Assembly: GCA_038087875.1 (NCBI GenBank)
Contig: CM075987.1
Coordinates: 26,786,001 to 26,850,000, forward strand
Source: Malacoraja senta
Taxonomy: Eukaryota
Direction: 5' to 3'
Length of the DNA stretch: 64,000 nt
Shown in pieces: positions 25,041 to 37,569 of this stretch (the first letter of the stretch is position 1; each line of letters begins with the position of its first letter). A program made the translations under genes and the position numbers. Below the pieces are notes generated by a model, which ran no database searches, had not been told where the DNA came from, and worked only from the letters and a program-made list of their open reading frames with translations.

Positions 25041-25809
25041 CTCTATACCTCTATAATACAGGGTTCATAAATTCATGTGATAGGAGTAGAATTAGGCCAT
25101 TCGGCCCATCAAGTCTACTCCGCCATTCAATCGTGGCTGATCTATCTCTCCCTCCTAACCTCATTCTCCTGCCTTCTCCCTATAACCCCTAATTCCTGTG
25201 CCAATCAAGAAGCTATCTATCTCTGCCTTATTGACATTTAGATAAGAGATTATGTTTTCTTTTATTTTAACTTTATTTCAGCAAATTTAATATATATATT
25301 TTTTCTTTAAAGTAGAGACTTAATAGAAGAATACAGACTAAAAATCATTCGAAGAGCCGGATTTTTATAAATATCTCTGCCTTAAAAATATCCATTGATT
25401 TGGCCTTCATAGTTTCCGTGGCAACCAATCCCACAGATTCACCACCTTCTGACTAAAGACATTCTCCTCATCCCCTTCTAAAGGAACGTCCTTTAATTCT
25501 GAGGCTCTGATCTCCGTCCCAGACTCTCCCACAAGTGGAAACATCCTCTCCACATCTATGCTTTTCACTATTAGAGTAGGGCTGTGGGTGGGATGGATGC
25601 AGTAAGAATTCTTGGCATTCAAATACAGGCAAGCTGCAAGTATTTATATCTAAGTGTAGGTAATGTCCAAGGCTAAGATCAATAAAAGGCATATCAGTTG
25701 GCAAAGAGCAAAACAATTTAAAAGACAGAATTGAAGTGATAACACAATTTACTTCAAAGCCGACGAGCTCAACATCAAGAGATTCTCTTCACAACAATGG
25801 TGAGGCGCG

Positions 25810-26098
25810 ATGGCACAGTTGCTGCCTAACAGCCCCAGAGACCCGGGTTCGATCCTGACTCCGGGTGCTGTCTGTGCAGAGTTTGTACGTTCTCCCCGTG
25901 ACCTGCGTGGGTTTTCTCCGAGGTGTTCAGGTTTCCTCCCACACTCCAAAGACGTGCTGGTTTGCAGGTTAATTGGCTTGGTATGATTGTAACATTGTCC
26001 CTAGTGTGTGTAGGATAATGTCAGTGCACAGGGATCGCAGGTCGGCGCGGACTAGATGGGTCGAAGGGCCTGGTTCCGCTCTGTATCTCTAAACTAAA
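25810..26098 (+). mobile_element. HE1-like V-SINE
   Basis: Box B, V domain, tail. Confidence 0.9.
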
Positions 26099-26162
26099 TG
26101 AGGTATGGAACAAAGGGAAGGGTTGGGCCAGCTGTGTGGAAACTGATCCCTTACATGGACTT

Positions 26163-26388
26163 ACACAAAAATGCTGGAGAAACTCAGCGGGTGCAGCAGC
26201 ATCTATGGAGCGAAGGAAATAGGCAACGCTTCGGGCCGAAACCCTTCTTCAGACTTTGAAGAAGTTCTCCTCCTCAGCATCTGCAGTTCCTTCTTTAACA
26301 CTTTGTCTACTCCACTGCGAAATCTCGTCAAGGTATGCCTACTTTGAAGAAGTTCTCCTCCACAGCATCTGCAGTTCCTTCTTTAACA
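26163..26388. mobile_element. Rearranged Penelope-derived mini-element
   Basis: 14-bp TSD CCTTACATGGACTT at 26149-26162 and 26389-26402; internal direct repeat of about 48 bp. Confidence 0.75.
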
Positions 26389-27256
26389 CCTTACATGGAC
26401 TTGCTCTCCTTAGATGCGCTGGCCCAGAACTTCAGGCTATAGAGGTGTGAACAAGTTGTGCTTCTCCACCCAGAAAGTGTCCGTGAATTACTGCAGGCTC
26501 CAAGTGGTGACTAGGCCTCAAGCCTGCCTGAGGCCCCATCAGGCAGCAAACGCATAATTCTCATCCCTGGCAAAGATTTTTATTTTGTTTAAACATCTGC
26601 AATAAAATAAAAAAATGTCAATAGTATTAAATCCTTTAAAAAAAAATTAAAAAACATATTTAATTAGTAATAATGCAAAATAATGGGAAAAATTGCCTAT
26701 ACAATTATGAGAGGCATAGATAGGCTCCATTTATTGACAGACTCCATTTCAATCACAGATAGACTCTGTCTACACCTATGTCAGCAGCATAAACAAGGAC
26801 GAGTCGCACCCCGGCCACTCCCTCTTCTCTCCTCTCCCATCAGGCAAAAGGTATAGAAGTGTGAAAACTCACACCTCCAGATTCAGGGACTGAATGAATG
26901 GGACGTCATCCTTACAATAGCAGGACAATGTGAACCTATTTCTCCCCTCCCCTCCCCTCCCCTCCCCCCTCCAACCCATGTTCCTTCCTCTGTCGTCACA
27001 GTTTGTGACTGTTCAATCCTTTTATCTCACACCATCTGTTTTTTTTTTTCATCTCTGGCTTTTGTCCAACCATTAACCTATCAAAACCCCCTTGCCTGTG
27101 TTCACCTATTACCCTCCGCAGTTTGTCTGGCCCTTCCTCGCTTCCAGCTTTCATCCTCCCCGCTCAAATCAGTCTGAAGAAGGGTCCTGACCTGAAACGT
27201 CACCTATCCATATTCTCCAGGCATGCTGCCCGACCCGCTGAGTTACTCCAGCACTT

Positions 27257-28035
27257 AGGTTTAGTTTAGTTTAGTTTAGAACTAAAGAGTGGAAACAGGC
27301 CCTTCAGCGCACCGAGTTCACGCTGACCAGCGATCCCCGTACACTAGCACCATCCTACACACACTAGGGATAATTTAAGCCAAGTAACCAACAAACCTGC
27401 ACGTCTTTGGAGTGTGGGATAAAACCGGAGCATCCGGATGAAACCCACGCAGGTCACGGGGAGAACGTACAAACTCCGTACAGACAGCACCCGTAGTCAG
27501 GATTGAATCCGGGTCTCTGGCGCTGTGGGTCACAGTTTAAGAATAAGGGGTAGGCCATTTAGTACTGAGATGAGGAAAAACTTTTTCACCCAGAGAGTGT
27601 GGAATTCTCTGCCACAGAAGGCAGTGGAGGCCAATTCACTGGATGTTTTCAAGAGAGAGTTAGATGTAGCTCTCAGGACTAACGGGATCAAGGGATAGGG
27701 GGAGAAAGCAGGAACGGGGTACTGATTCTAGATGATCAGCCATTATCATATTGAATGGCGGTGCTGGCTCAAAGCGCCGAATGGCCTACTCCTGCACCTA
27801 TTTTCTATGTTTCTATGTTAATTTAGTTTAGTTTATTACCACGTGGACTCAGGTACAGTGAACAACTTTTGTTGCCTGCTACCCAGTCAGCGGAAAGACA
27901 ATACTTGATTACAATCGAGCCATTCACAGCGTACTGATACATGATAAAAGGAATACGATTTCGCGTAAGACAACATCCAGTAAAGTCCGATTAAAGATAG
28001 TCTGAGGGTCTCCAACGGGATAGAGAGTAGTTTCA
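27257..28035. mobile_element. Cluster: V-SINE (-), CR1 type B end (+), Rex1 3' UTR (-)
   Basis: Each part matches other copies in the window. Confidence 0.8.
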
Positions 28036-28514
28036 ATGACCTCATCCAGAAACGAACCACTCCATACAAACATTGCGTTAATAGATCCAATTTCCAGGTT
28101 TAAATATTAATTTTTAATGATGGATCTTATCTGTTACATTATGCTGCTGTGCCATATATTCTATCACGCTGATTTTTTAAATTGAAACTATTATTACGCT
28201 CACAGTTGATACCAGCACATGTTGTGATAATCCTGACATTACCCCCCAATAATGGTAATTTTATTTTTCGCTGCTTCGTGGCTGTGGAACAAACCCCCAT
28301 GGCAGCAACACTCTGAAGAGGAACGTGACTGCCGCAACCAGGCACTTGTAATTGTCCGCAATGATACCTCTGTGCCGTGGACGGGAGCGAGCAGAGATGA
28401 ACACGGGGCTGTGGAATGAGGATTGGCAACCTCCGATATCTTAATGCTGGCCCTTGCTGAGAATATTAGCACAATTTCCTCCACGCTGCGTTTTTCATTA
28501 AATCAATTACAGAG

Positions 28515-28825
28515 CGGCACGGTGGCGCAGCGGTAGAGTCGCTGCCTCACAGCGCCAGAAACCCCGGTTCCATCCTGACTACGAGTGCCGTCTGTACAGA
28601 GTTAATTCGTTTTCCCCCATTACCTGCGTGGGTTTTCTCCGAGATCTTCGGTTCCCTCCCACACTCCAAAGACGTACAGGTTTGTAGCTCAATTGACTTG
28701 GTACGAATGTAAAATTGTCCCCAGTGTGTGTAGGATAGTGCTAGTGTGCGGGGATCGCTGGACGGCACGGACTCAGTGGGCCGAAGGGCCTGTTTCCGCG
28801 CTGTATCTCCAAACTAAACTAAACT
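28515..28825 (+). mobile_element. HE1-like V-SINE
   Basis: Boxes A and B, V domain, tail. Confidence 0.9.
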
Positions 28826-28959
28826 CAAATTATTCCAGTTACACCTTGTTTATCAAATGAAGAGAATCCCAGGTTCGAGCCACACTATATTTAGAGTTGT
28901 CAAATGAGTTAGAGACCAAGCATAGTTCATTGAACACCCACACTCAGTCTGCCTTGGCC

Positions 28960-30070
28960 CACACAATCTCCCTCTTGCCAAACATATTAACTCCCCTTCA
29001 CATTCCCATATTGGCTTCTCTGCCGTGGGCCAACTGTACCGTCAGAGTGAGGCCACAGACAAACTGGAGGAACAACACTTCATATTTTGCTTGGGCCGCT
29101 TCCAACCGAGCGGTATGAATATTGATTTCTCTAATTTCGAGTAGCCCTTCCATTCCCTCTCTCCCCCACCCTAGTCGTCTTGCTAGTTTCACTGTTTCAG
29201 AATCAGAATCAGAATCAGAATCACACTTTATTCGCCAAGTATGTTTTGCAACATATACGAGGAATTTCACTGGCCAGGTCAGTCATACAATTAAAAGCAA
29301 CAGATCACTCAAAAACACATTTTAACATCAACATCCACCACAGTGACTCCTACACATTCCTCACTGTGATGGAAGGCGAAATAAAGTTCAAGTCCTTCCT
29401 TTATTTCTTCCTCGGTCGTGGGCTTCGAGCCCCTGTTGATGGGACGATCTTGACTCCCTTAGCTGGCGGCATTTGGGCCCTCCGCGTCGAGGCGATTCCC
29501 TCCCGCATCGAAGGGATGTCAGCTCCCCCTGCGCCGGGCGATCGAACCTCACGTCGGGGCTGGTAATCCTTCCGCAGCGTTGGAGCTCCCGACTCGGCCT
29601 CACCCGAGACTGCGAGCCATTGATGTTAAAGTCGGTGGTGGTCGGGGTGGGAGCGATCCCAGACAAGGGATCAGCTCCGATGTTAAGTCCGTGCCTCGCG
29701 GTGGGGCTCACGACAGTCCGAGGAGGCTTCCAGCTCCAGCGATGGTAGGCCGCAGAGCCCGGAGAATGTGATCCGAAAATCAATCACATCTCCGGGAATG
29801 TAAGAACCTTGATCCCGTCCCCCCCCCCCCCCCCACATAAATCAAACCAAAGAACATTAAAAACAAAACTTTTAACAAACTAAAAAATAACAAAAATAAT
29901 GAAAAGAACGCACAGGCTGCCGGCAGGGCAGCCATCTCTCCGGCGCCCCTGGTGGTCTTCAGGTATATCCCTTTATTATCACCTCTTCCTCAGCCAACAA
30001 TGGATCATTGTGGGCTCCACCATTCTTGAGTCATCGGTGCAGACTCTGATTTGTTCTCTAACTTCCCATT
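28960..30070 (+). mobile_element. Degenerate Penelope-like 3' part interrupted by a GC-rich element
   Basis: QSEATDKLEEQHFIFCLGRFQPSGMNIDFSNFE* at about 29043-29144; UTR resumes near 29960. Confidence 0.8.
29198..29956 (-). mobile_element. GC-rich non-coding element with Rex1-type 3' end, possibly full length
   Basis: (ATTCTG)n tail, terminal hairpin, internal hairpin 29335-29372; head GGCGCC...GATGGCTGCC. Confidence 0.7.
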
Positions 30071-30099
30071 GACAAAGATGTTGCCAGGACCACAGGGTC

Positions 30100-30514
30100 T
30101 GAGCTATAGGGAGAGGCTGAGCAGGCTCAGTTCCCTGGAGCGCAGGAGGATGAGGGGTGATCTTACAGAGGTGTAGGAAATCATGAGAGGGATAGATAGG
30201 GTAGATGCACAGAGTCTCTTGCCCAGAGGAGGTGAATCGAGGACCAGGGGGCATAGTTTTAAGGTGAGGGGGGAAAGATTTAATAGAAACCTAAGGAGTA
30301 ACTTTTTCACACAAAGGGTAGTGAGTGTATGGAACGAGCTGCGGAGGAGGTAGTTGCGGCTGGGACCATCGCAATGTTTAAGAAATATTTGGACAGGTAC
30401 ATGGATAGGACAGGTTTAGAGGGATATGGGCCAAATGCAGGCAGGTGGGACTAGTGTAGATGTGACGTATTAATCAGTGTGGGCATGTTGGGCTGAAGGA
30501 CTGTATGACTCTAT
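30100..30514 (+). mobile_element. CR1 LINE 3' fragment, type A
   Basis: LSYRERLSRL...LERRRMRGDLTEV; GACTCTAT tail. Confidence 0.9.
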
Positions 30515-30814
30515 AAAGACGTGTGTGTGTGTGTGTGTATTATTTTCTTGAAGGTTAAGTGCACATCACTACCCGACTTCAGTTTGCATTCCCTTCAACA
30601 TTGGCACGCAAACTGAGCTGGCTTCCCTTCCACAACACAATCAAAGTATTCCACCTGAAGCTGATTAACGTGATCGCCTGTTGCTGCCACACTGCAGTGA
30701 TTCACAGCGAAAATAAGATGCAACAAACAACCTGATGGAGGAATCCAGCAGATTACACAACTGTGTAACGTCTAAAAATATGTATTACAGATAACACTTA
30801 ATAAAAATAACGAG

Positions 30815-31200
30815 TTTAGAGATTAGAGATTCCTTTATTTGTCATTCAGACCTTTCGGTCTGAACGAAATTTCGTTGCCTGCAGTCATACATATAATAAT
30901 AAATAACAAAACACACAATAAACACAAATTAACATCCACCACAGTGAGTTCACCAGGCACCTCCTCACTGTGATGGAGGCAAAAGTCTTAAAGTCTCTGT
31001 CTCTTCCCTCTTTGTTCTCCCTCTGCGCTGAGGCGATCCAGGCTTCTGATGTTGTGACCCCGCTGGGTGATGGTAAGTAAGGCAATCCCGCGGCTGAATC
31101 CGTGCTCCGCAACGGGCCTGTTCAAACTCCGCGGCCCGGGGTGGCCGAAGCTGCCGAAGCTGCCGCCCTCCAGTCCAGCGGACGCAGCTGTAGTTGAGGG
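30815..31200 (-). mobile_element. GC-rich non-coding element with Rex1-type 3' end
   Basis: Terminal hairpin TTCAGACC-GAAA-GGTCTGAA then TGACAAATAAA; internal hairpin 30936-30976. Confidence 0.7.
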
Positions 31201-31667
31201 AGCCCCAGAAAAACAGGTCACCCACCTGTGACCTGCAAGCTCCCGACGATAAATCCATATTTCTCTAACTTCAAGTAACCCTTCTCTCCATCCCTCCCCC
31301 ATCCAAGTTGTTGTACTAGGTTCAAAGTCGTCTTGTTGAGTCTCATTGTCCTCAACTCGTTTTCACCTAGCCCACATCTAACAATGGCCTGTTTCCTTGT
31401 TACCATCGTTACTTTTATGGTACCTTATTTCCTGGTATGGTACTTTCCTTGTCACATGTGCCGAGGTACAGTGAAATTCATCTGTGAATGCAGTTCAGTA
31501 CAAGTCTGAAGAAGGGTCTCGACCCGAAACGTCACCCATTCCTTCTCTCCGGAGATGCTGCCTGTCCCGCTGAGTAACTCCAGCTTTTTTGTGGCTATCT
31601 TCGGTTTAAACCAGCATCTGCAGTTCCTTCCTACTAAGTACAAGTATTACTATACATAAGCACTTAG

Positions 31668-31940
31668 TTAGATAGATAGATAGATAGAAACTTTATTTGC
31701 CACACGACCAGGGTTGTTGGTAATTGGGTTCGGTACATGATGGTACACTGCTTTAGCACATTAACACTAATAACAACACAGATCATAATAATAAAGCACA
31801 TCACAAATCACAAATCTCACCAACAATACATAGTGCAAAAGAACAGACAAAAACCATAGACAAGACACTGTATACATCAATGTCAAAAAGTTATTGGAGG
31901 GAATTAAGTGTTCTTATTGCTGAGGGGAAGAAACTGTTAC
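31668..31940 (-). mobile_element. Rex1/Babar-like 3' end with (ATCT)n tail
   Basis: NSFFPSAIRTLNS, then UTR, AATAAA and tandem tail. Confidence 0.65.
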
Positions 31941-32071
31941 ACTTTAGATCAAATTCCTTCTCACACAAACTTCGGAGTGACCAAGACATGGAGCCTTGCA
32001 TAACCATATAAAATAACTTCAATCATTAAGCCCGATCTAACCTTTTCTCACTTTTACATTTTCTCATCATC

Positions 32072-32660
32072 TTAGTTTAGAGATACTGCGTGGAAACAAG
32101 CCCTAGGGCACCGACCAGCGATCCCCACACACTTACACTTCTTCTTCTTCGAGACCGTTGCAATCTCAGATGTCGTTCTGCCAGTATCTGACGCTGGTCG
32201 AGTCGGTTCAGCCAGGTCCTGGGGGCTGCACTGGGGGGGCGTTGTCACACTCCAGTAGGTGGGACATTGTCTGTACTGCTCCACAGTTGCATGTGTCTTC
32301 TGCCTGGTAGTTCCATGCTTTCATAAGTGCTTTACACCTCCCCTGCTCCACTGGTAATCTGTTGAGGGTCTTCCAGGTTGAGGCCATGGGAGGTCCTGCC
32401 CGCTGGCGAGGCATTCAGTCGGAGTGATTCCTCTCTCCACACTTACACTACCCTACACACACTAGGGACAATTTTACATTGATACCGAGCCAGTTAACCT
32501 GCAAACCTGTGCGTCTTTGGAGTGTGGAAGGAAACCGAAGATCTCGGAGAAAACCCACGCAGATCACGGGGAGAACGTACAAACTACGCACAGACAGCAC
32601 CCGTAGTCAGGATCGAACCCATGTAAGGCAGCAACTCTACTGCTGTGCCATCGTACTGCC
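32072..32660 (-). mobile_element. HE1-like V-SINE with nested LINE fragment
   Basis: SINE continuous across the TSD at 32128-32139 and 32438-32449. Confidence 0.85.
32140..32437 (-). mobile_element. Ingi/Vingi-like LINE 3' fragment
   Basis: WKTLNRL...GRCKALMKAW...CNCGAVQTMSHLLEC (C-terminal zinc-finger-like motif); (GAA)n tail; 12-bp TSD CACACTTACACT. Confidence 0.7.
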
Positions 32661-33244
32661 CCTACAGTTACATTTAACATGTTCATTTATGTACTACTAG
32701 GCTTGCATTAGTAAAGTGGGTAAAGATGACAGATTTTTTCTATTCAAATACAGAAGATCATTCCATAGGTTTACCTGTTCTCCAAATCTACTCATATCCA
32801 TCTACATGAGCGGTTGGGTGCCATTACTCATGGAGAGGCTGTCAACTTGTAAGATTTTAAATGTGGGCATATATGAATAAATTATATTTCAATATACACT
32901 TAGTCATTCAAATAGGAAGATTTGAGATTCCATTTGGTGGCTCGGTAGATTTCAACACTGACGTCTGCAGGTTTCATTTGTTAAAGGCCTGGATAGAGTG
33001 GATGTGGAGAGGATGTTTCCACTAGTGGGAGAGTCAAGGACCAGACCCAGGAGTCAAAAGTGTTTTATTGTCATGTGTCCCAGATAGAACAATGACATTC
33101 TTCCTTGCAGCAGAATACGTAAACATAGTACACTGTAAACTATATAATAAAGGAGAAAAATGTGCATATAAATATTTACACACACACCCCCATATATATA
33201 TTTGCTTCATCTCATTAGTTTGGCTGTACACCATGATCTATATT

Positions 33245-33510
33245 AATCACGAATCTGTCAATCGCCACCTTAAAAATATCCATTGATTTGTCCTCCACAG
33301 CCGTCTGTGGCAATGAATTCCACAGATTCACAACCCTCTGACTAAATAAATTCCTCCTCATCTCCTTCCGAAATGAACGTCCTTTAATTCTGAGGCTGTC
33401 ACCTCTGGTCCTAGACTCTCCCACCAGTGGAAACATCTTCTCCACATCCACTCTATCCAAGCCTTTCACTCTTCTGTACGTTTCAATGAGGTCTCCCCCT
33501 CATCCTTCTA
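33245..33510 (-). mobile_element. CR1 LINE fragment, type D
   Basis: KGLDRVDVEKMFPLVGESRTRG...RVVNLWNSLPQ. Confidence 0.9.
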
Positions 33511-33808
33511 AATTTACATTGGCATGTTGAAGAGATGCAACCAAGTCTTACATCCACAACTATGAAAGTCAGAGTTGCTGCCTGTCCCGCTGAGTAACTC
33601 CAGCTTTTTGTGTCTATTTTCGGTTTAAACCAGCATCTGCAGTTGCTTTCAACACATTTCATCTGCTCCACTGTGAGATCTCCTTGAGCTAGGTCTACTT
33701 TGAAGAAGTTCTCCTCCTCTCTCTGACGACAGTTCTGCAACACCCTCTCTCGCTGCTCCCCCTCTCTGTGCGTTCATTTGTTCTATGTCTCTCTACATCA
33801 CCGTCTAT

Positions 33809-34094
33809 ATGTGGAGATGGGGGCTCCCTCCGCCAGAGCCCAGCCTGTGAATGCGGAGCAGAACAACAGACAGCAACATGTCTGAAGAAGGGTTTCGGCC
33901 CGAAACGTTACCTATTTCCTTCGCTCCATAGATGCTGCTGCACCCGCTGAGTTTCTCCAGCATTTTTGTGTACCGCCAACCATGTCATCTCTGGGTGCCC
34001 GCTCTACCACCCACCAAATGGAGCTCAGGGCCTGGCAGACATTGACGCCAACAGAGACAACAACCTGGCTGCTCAACGCCCGGCTTGAGATCTA
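33809..34094 (+). mobile_element. Ingi/Vingi-like LINE C-terminus split by a Penelope mini-element (about 33879-33973)
   Basis: MWRWGL/RQSPACECGAEQQTA..NHVISGCPLYHPPNGAQGLADID/TTWLLNARLEI* after removing the insert and two frameshifts. Confidence 0.7.
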
Positions 34095-34112
34095 ACTATT
34101 CCTTTGGTTTAA

Positions 34113-34445
34113 GAGAGTCAAAAGAGTTTATTGTCATGTGTCCCAGATAGGACAATGAAATTCTTGCTTTGCTTCAGCACAACAGAATATAGCAGGCATG
34201 AATACAGAACAGATCAGTGTGTCCATATACCATCGTATAAATATATACACACATGAATAAATAAGCAGATAAAGTGCAAATAAACAGATAATGGGCTATT
34301 AATGTTCAGGATTTTTGTTTCAGTTGAGTTTAATAGCCTGATGGCTGTGGGGAAGCAGCTATTTCTGAACCTGGACGTTGCAGTCTTCAGGCTCCTGTAC
34401 CTTCTACCTGAAGGTAGCGGGGAGATGAGTGTGGGGCCAGGATGT
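34113..34445 (-). mobile_element. Rex1/Babar-like 3' fragment
   Basis: HPGPTLISPLPSGRRYRSLKTATSRFRNSCFPTAIRLLN. Confidence 0.8.
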
Positions 34446-35204
34446 TTCATTCGCAAGAAGTAGATCGTCTATATCTCTCGTTTCCCTCTCCCTTGTCTCT
34501 CAGTCTGAAGAAGGGTCTCGATCCGAAACGTCACCCATTCCTTCTCTCCAGAGGTGCTGCCTGTCCCGGTGAATTACTCCAGCCTTTTGTGTCTACGTCA
34601 GTGCAAGATTGGATTAGGCAGTGCAAAAGGCTCAACACAGCTAATTACACCTTTAAAGAGGGGTGAGATCTGTCTGATTTCTGCTGCGACTGACATTAAT
34701 TAGATCACGCTCATCTCAAAAGTGAAAGCATTGACATGACTGAGGATTAAATAAATGAAAATCTAAATATAGAAGTCAGATGACGTTCCGTGGCGATAAC
34801 TGATTGACCAAGGACATGTTTTGTCATTCATCCCATCACTTCAATGTAAAAACTAATCAACAAAGTCACTTTTTTTTTTAACCAAGAAATCCTATTGCAA
34901 TTATTAGACAAAGGTCAAATTGAACAAACACACCAAAGGTTTAATTTAGTCTGGTCCCATAGCACAATTCATTTATTAACTCGTGTGTTGCCATTTCCTC
35001 TGGGAAATCTAATTTTTGTTTAATCAATCACCAGAGCGATCGACACAGACGCTAACCTCGTGTCACCGTTATTCTTCCGCATGCCACATTCTCTTTGTTG
35101 TCAAACAGCTTTGACATGTCCCCTGGTTGGTATCATCCATTCTATTCAATTGCAAGATCTTTGGTACCTTAAATCAATGAAGAAGCTCTCATTTTGTACA
35201 GGAG

Positions 35205-35490
35205 ACACAGTGGCCCAGCGGTAGAGTCGCTGCCTTGCAGCATTTACTGCGCCAGAGACCCCGGTTCGATCCCGACTACGGGAGTTTGCACGTTCTCCCC
35301 GTGACCCGCGTGGGTTTTCTCCGAGATCTTCGGTTTCCTCCCACACTCCAAGGACGTGCAGGTTTGTAGGTTACATTGGTAACATTTGTAAATTGTGTCG
35401 GATAGCATTAATGTGCGGGGATCGCTGGTCGGCGCGGACTCGGTGGGCCGATGGGCCTGTTTCCGCGCTGTATCTCTTAACCTAACTAAA
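35205..35490 (+). mobile_element. HE1-like V-SINE
   Basis: Boxes A and B, V domain. Confidence 0.85.
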
Positions 35491-35589
35491 TGGAAGCTGA
35501 CAGATGGTTGAAAAGGATCTTGTCACAAAGCATAAGGCTCACGCCTCTGCAACAAACCGCAGTACAACACAGCAACACAAGCGGCAGTA

Positions 35590-36130
35590 CCTGCAGATGC
35601 CAGTTTAAACCGAAGACATACACACAATGCTGGAGTAACTCAGCGGGACAGGCAGCATCTCTGGAGAGAAGGAATGGGTGACGTTTTTGGTCGAGAGCCT
35701 TCTTCAGACTGAGAATCAGGGGAGAGGTGAAACTAGAGGTATGAAAAGGACCAAGTAAATGTGGAGCGCACAATAGTCCTTACAACCCAGCGGTATGAAC
35801 ATTGATTTCTCAAATTTCAAGAAACCCTTGAATTCCCTCTCTCTCTGTCCCTCCCCCACCCTAGTCGTTCTGCCAGTTCTACTGTTCACATCCATACATC
35901 CTTTCGTTATCACCTCTTCCACAGCCAACAATAGACCATTGTGGGCTCCATCTTTCTCTGGTCATCAGCTCTGGCTCTGATTTGTTCTGTACATTTTCAC
36001 ACCTCTAGTTTCCATCTCCCCCTGACTCACAGTCTGAAGAAGGGTCTCGACCTGAAACGTCACCCATTCCTTCTCTCCAGAGATGCTGCCTGTCCCGCTG
36101 AGTTACTCCAGCATTTTGTGTCTATCTTCA
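35590..36130. mobile_element. Penelope-like 3' part (+) preceded by an inverted terminal-repeat copy (-)
   Basis: LQPSGMNIDFSNFK at about 35780-35821; opposed repeat copies at 35590-35760 and 35990-36130. Confidence 0.8.
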
Positions 36131-36723
36131 GCAAATGAGATACAACTGGCAGTAATATTATCACCAACTGCTCATTTATTACAAAGCTTAATATCTGTCT
36201 AGACAGCACAGGAAGTCAGATCTCTTAAAAGGGCTTTTTTTCACCCTCTAATTGCATATTTCATGCATTAAGACCAACCAGCCTTTAACCACATCCTTGT
36301 TCTAAACAATTTTCTTTAAATTTTTTAACAGGAACGCTGTAATGGCTTTTTTGTGCCTGAGTACTTTGAAGGGCGGCTCAGTCATGCCTGTTGCAACAGC
36401 CCATTCATCAGTCTGAAGAAGGGTCTCAACCCGAAATGGGTTGACACCCTTCATTAGAATGTGGGTCTGATGAAGGAACTCGACCAGAATGAGGGTCTCA
36501 ACTCAAAACATCACCTATTCCTTCTCTCCAGAGATGCTGCCTGTCCCGCTGAGTTACTCCAGCATTTTGTGTCAACCTTCCATTGTTTCTGATCTCCTCA
36601 GCTCCAAGGGCTGTCCATGTCCTCTGTAACACGCTGCTTTTGTTTCCTCAACAAGGAGCCTATTTTTTCACCTATTTACAGTTTACTAACTACTGCATGA
36701 ATCAAAACTGCATCTCGTGCAGT

Positions 36724-37170
36724 TAGAAACGTAGAAACATAGAAAATAGGTGCAGGAGTAGGCCATTCGGCCCTTCGAGCCAGCACCGCCATTCAATATG
36801 ATCATGGCTGATCATCTAAAATCAGTACCCCGTTCCTGCTTTCTTTCCATAGCCCTTGATTCCATTAGCTCGAAGAGCTAAATCTAACTCTCTCTTGAAT
36901 ACACCCAGTGAATTGGCCTCCACTGCCTTCTGTGGCAGAGAATTCCACACTCACAACTTTCAGGGTGAAAAGATTTTTCATCACCTCAGTCCTAAATGGC
37001 CTACCCCTTATTCTTAAACTGTGTGTGACCCCTGGTTCTGGACTCCCCCAACATCGGGAAAATCTTTCCTGCATCTAGCCTGTCCGATCCCTTAAGAATT
37101 TTACATGTTTCTATAAGATCCCATCCTTCTAAATTCCAGTGAATACAAGCCCAGTTGATCCATTCTTTCA
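36724..37170 (-). mobile_element. CR1 LINE 3' fragment, type B
   Basis: LIETCKILKGSDRLDAGKIFPMLGESRTRGH. Confidence 0.9.
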
Positions 37171-37569
37171 TGATTTTGTGTCTATCTTTGTGGTAAACCA
37201 GCATCTGCAGTTCCTTCCTACAGATTTCACCGTCTGTTTTTGATTACTGCTTTCGTAGTTACACACCAATGGTCTTTCTGGAACCATGTATGGAGACAAA
37301 CCAACCCTTGTGATCTCCTTGCTTATTGCAACAACATTATCCCCAGTGAGATCACATCTCCATCTGTAATACGCATGCAAATTGTCATTGGGAATGGTCA
37401 TTTAAAGGAGTCCCTGAAGTGTTTGACCTTTTTACAGCACAGCTGTTTATGAATGTAAATATTACTGGGCAAATATTTTACTAATGCGTCCAGCAATAAA
37501 ATCCATTGTGTAGGAAGGAACTGCAGATTTAAACCGAAGACATACGCGGAAAGCCGGAGTAACCAGAGT

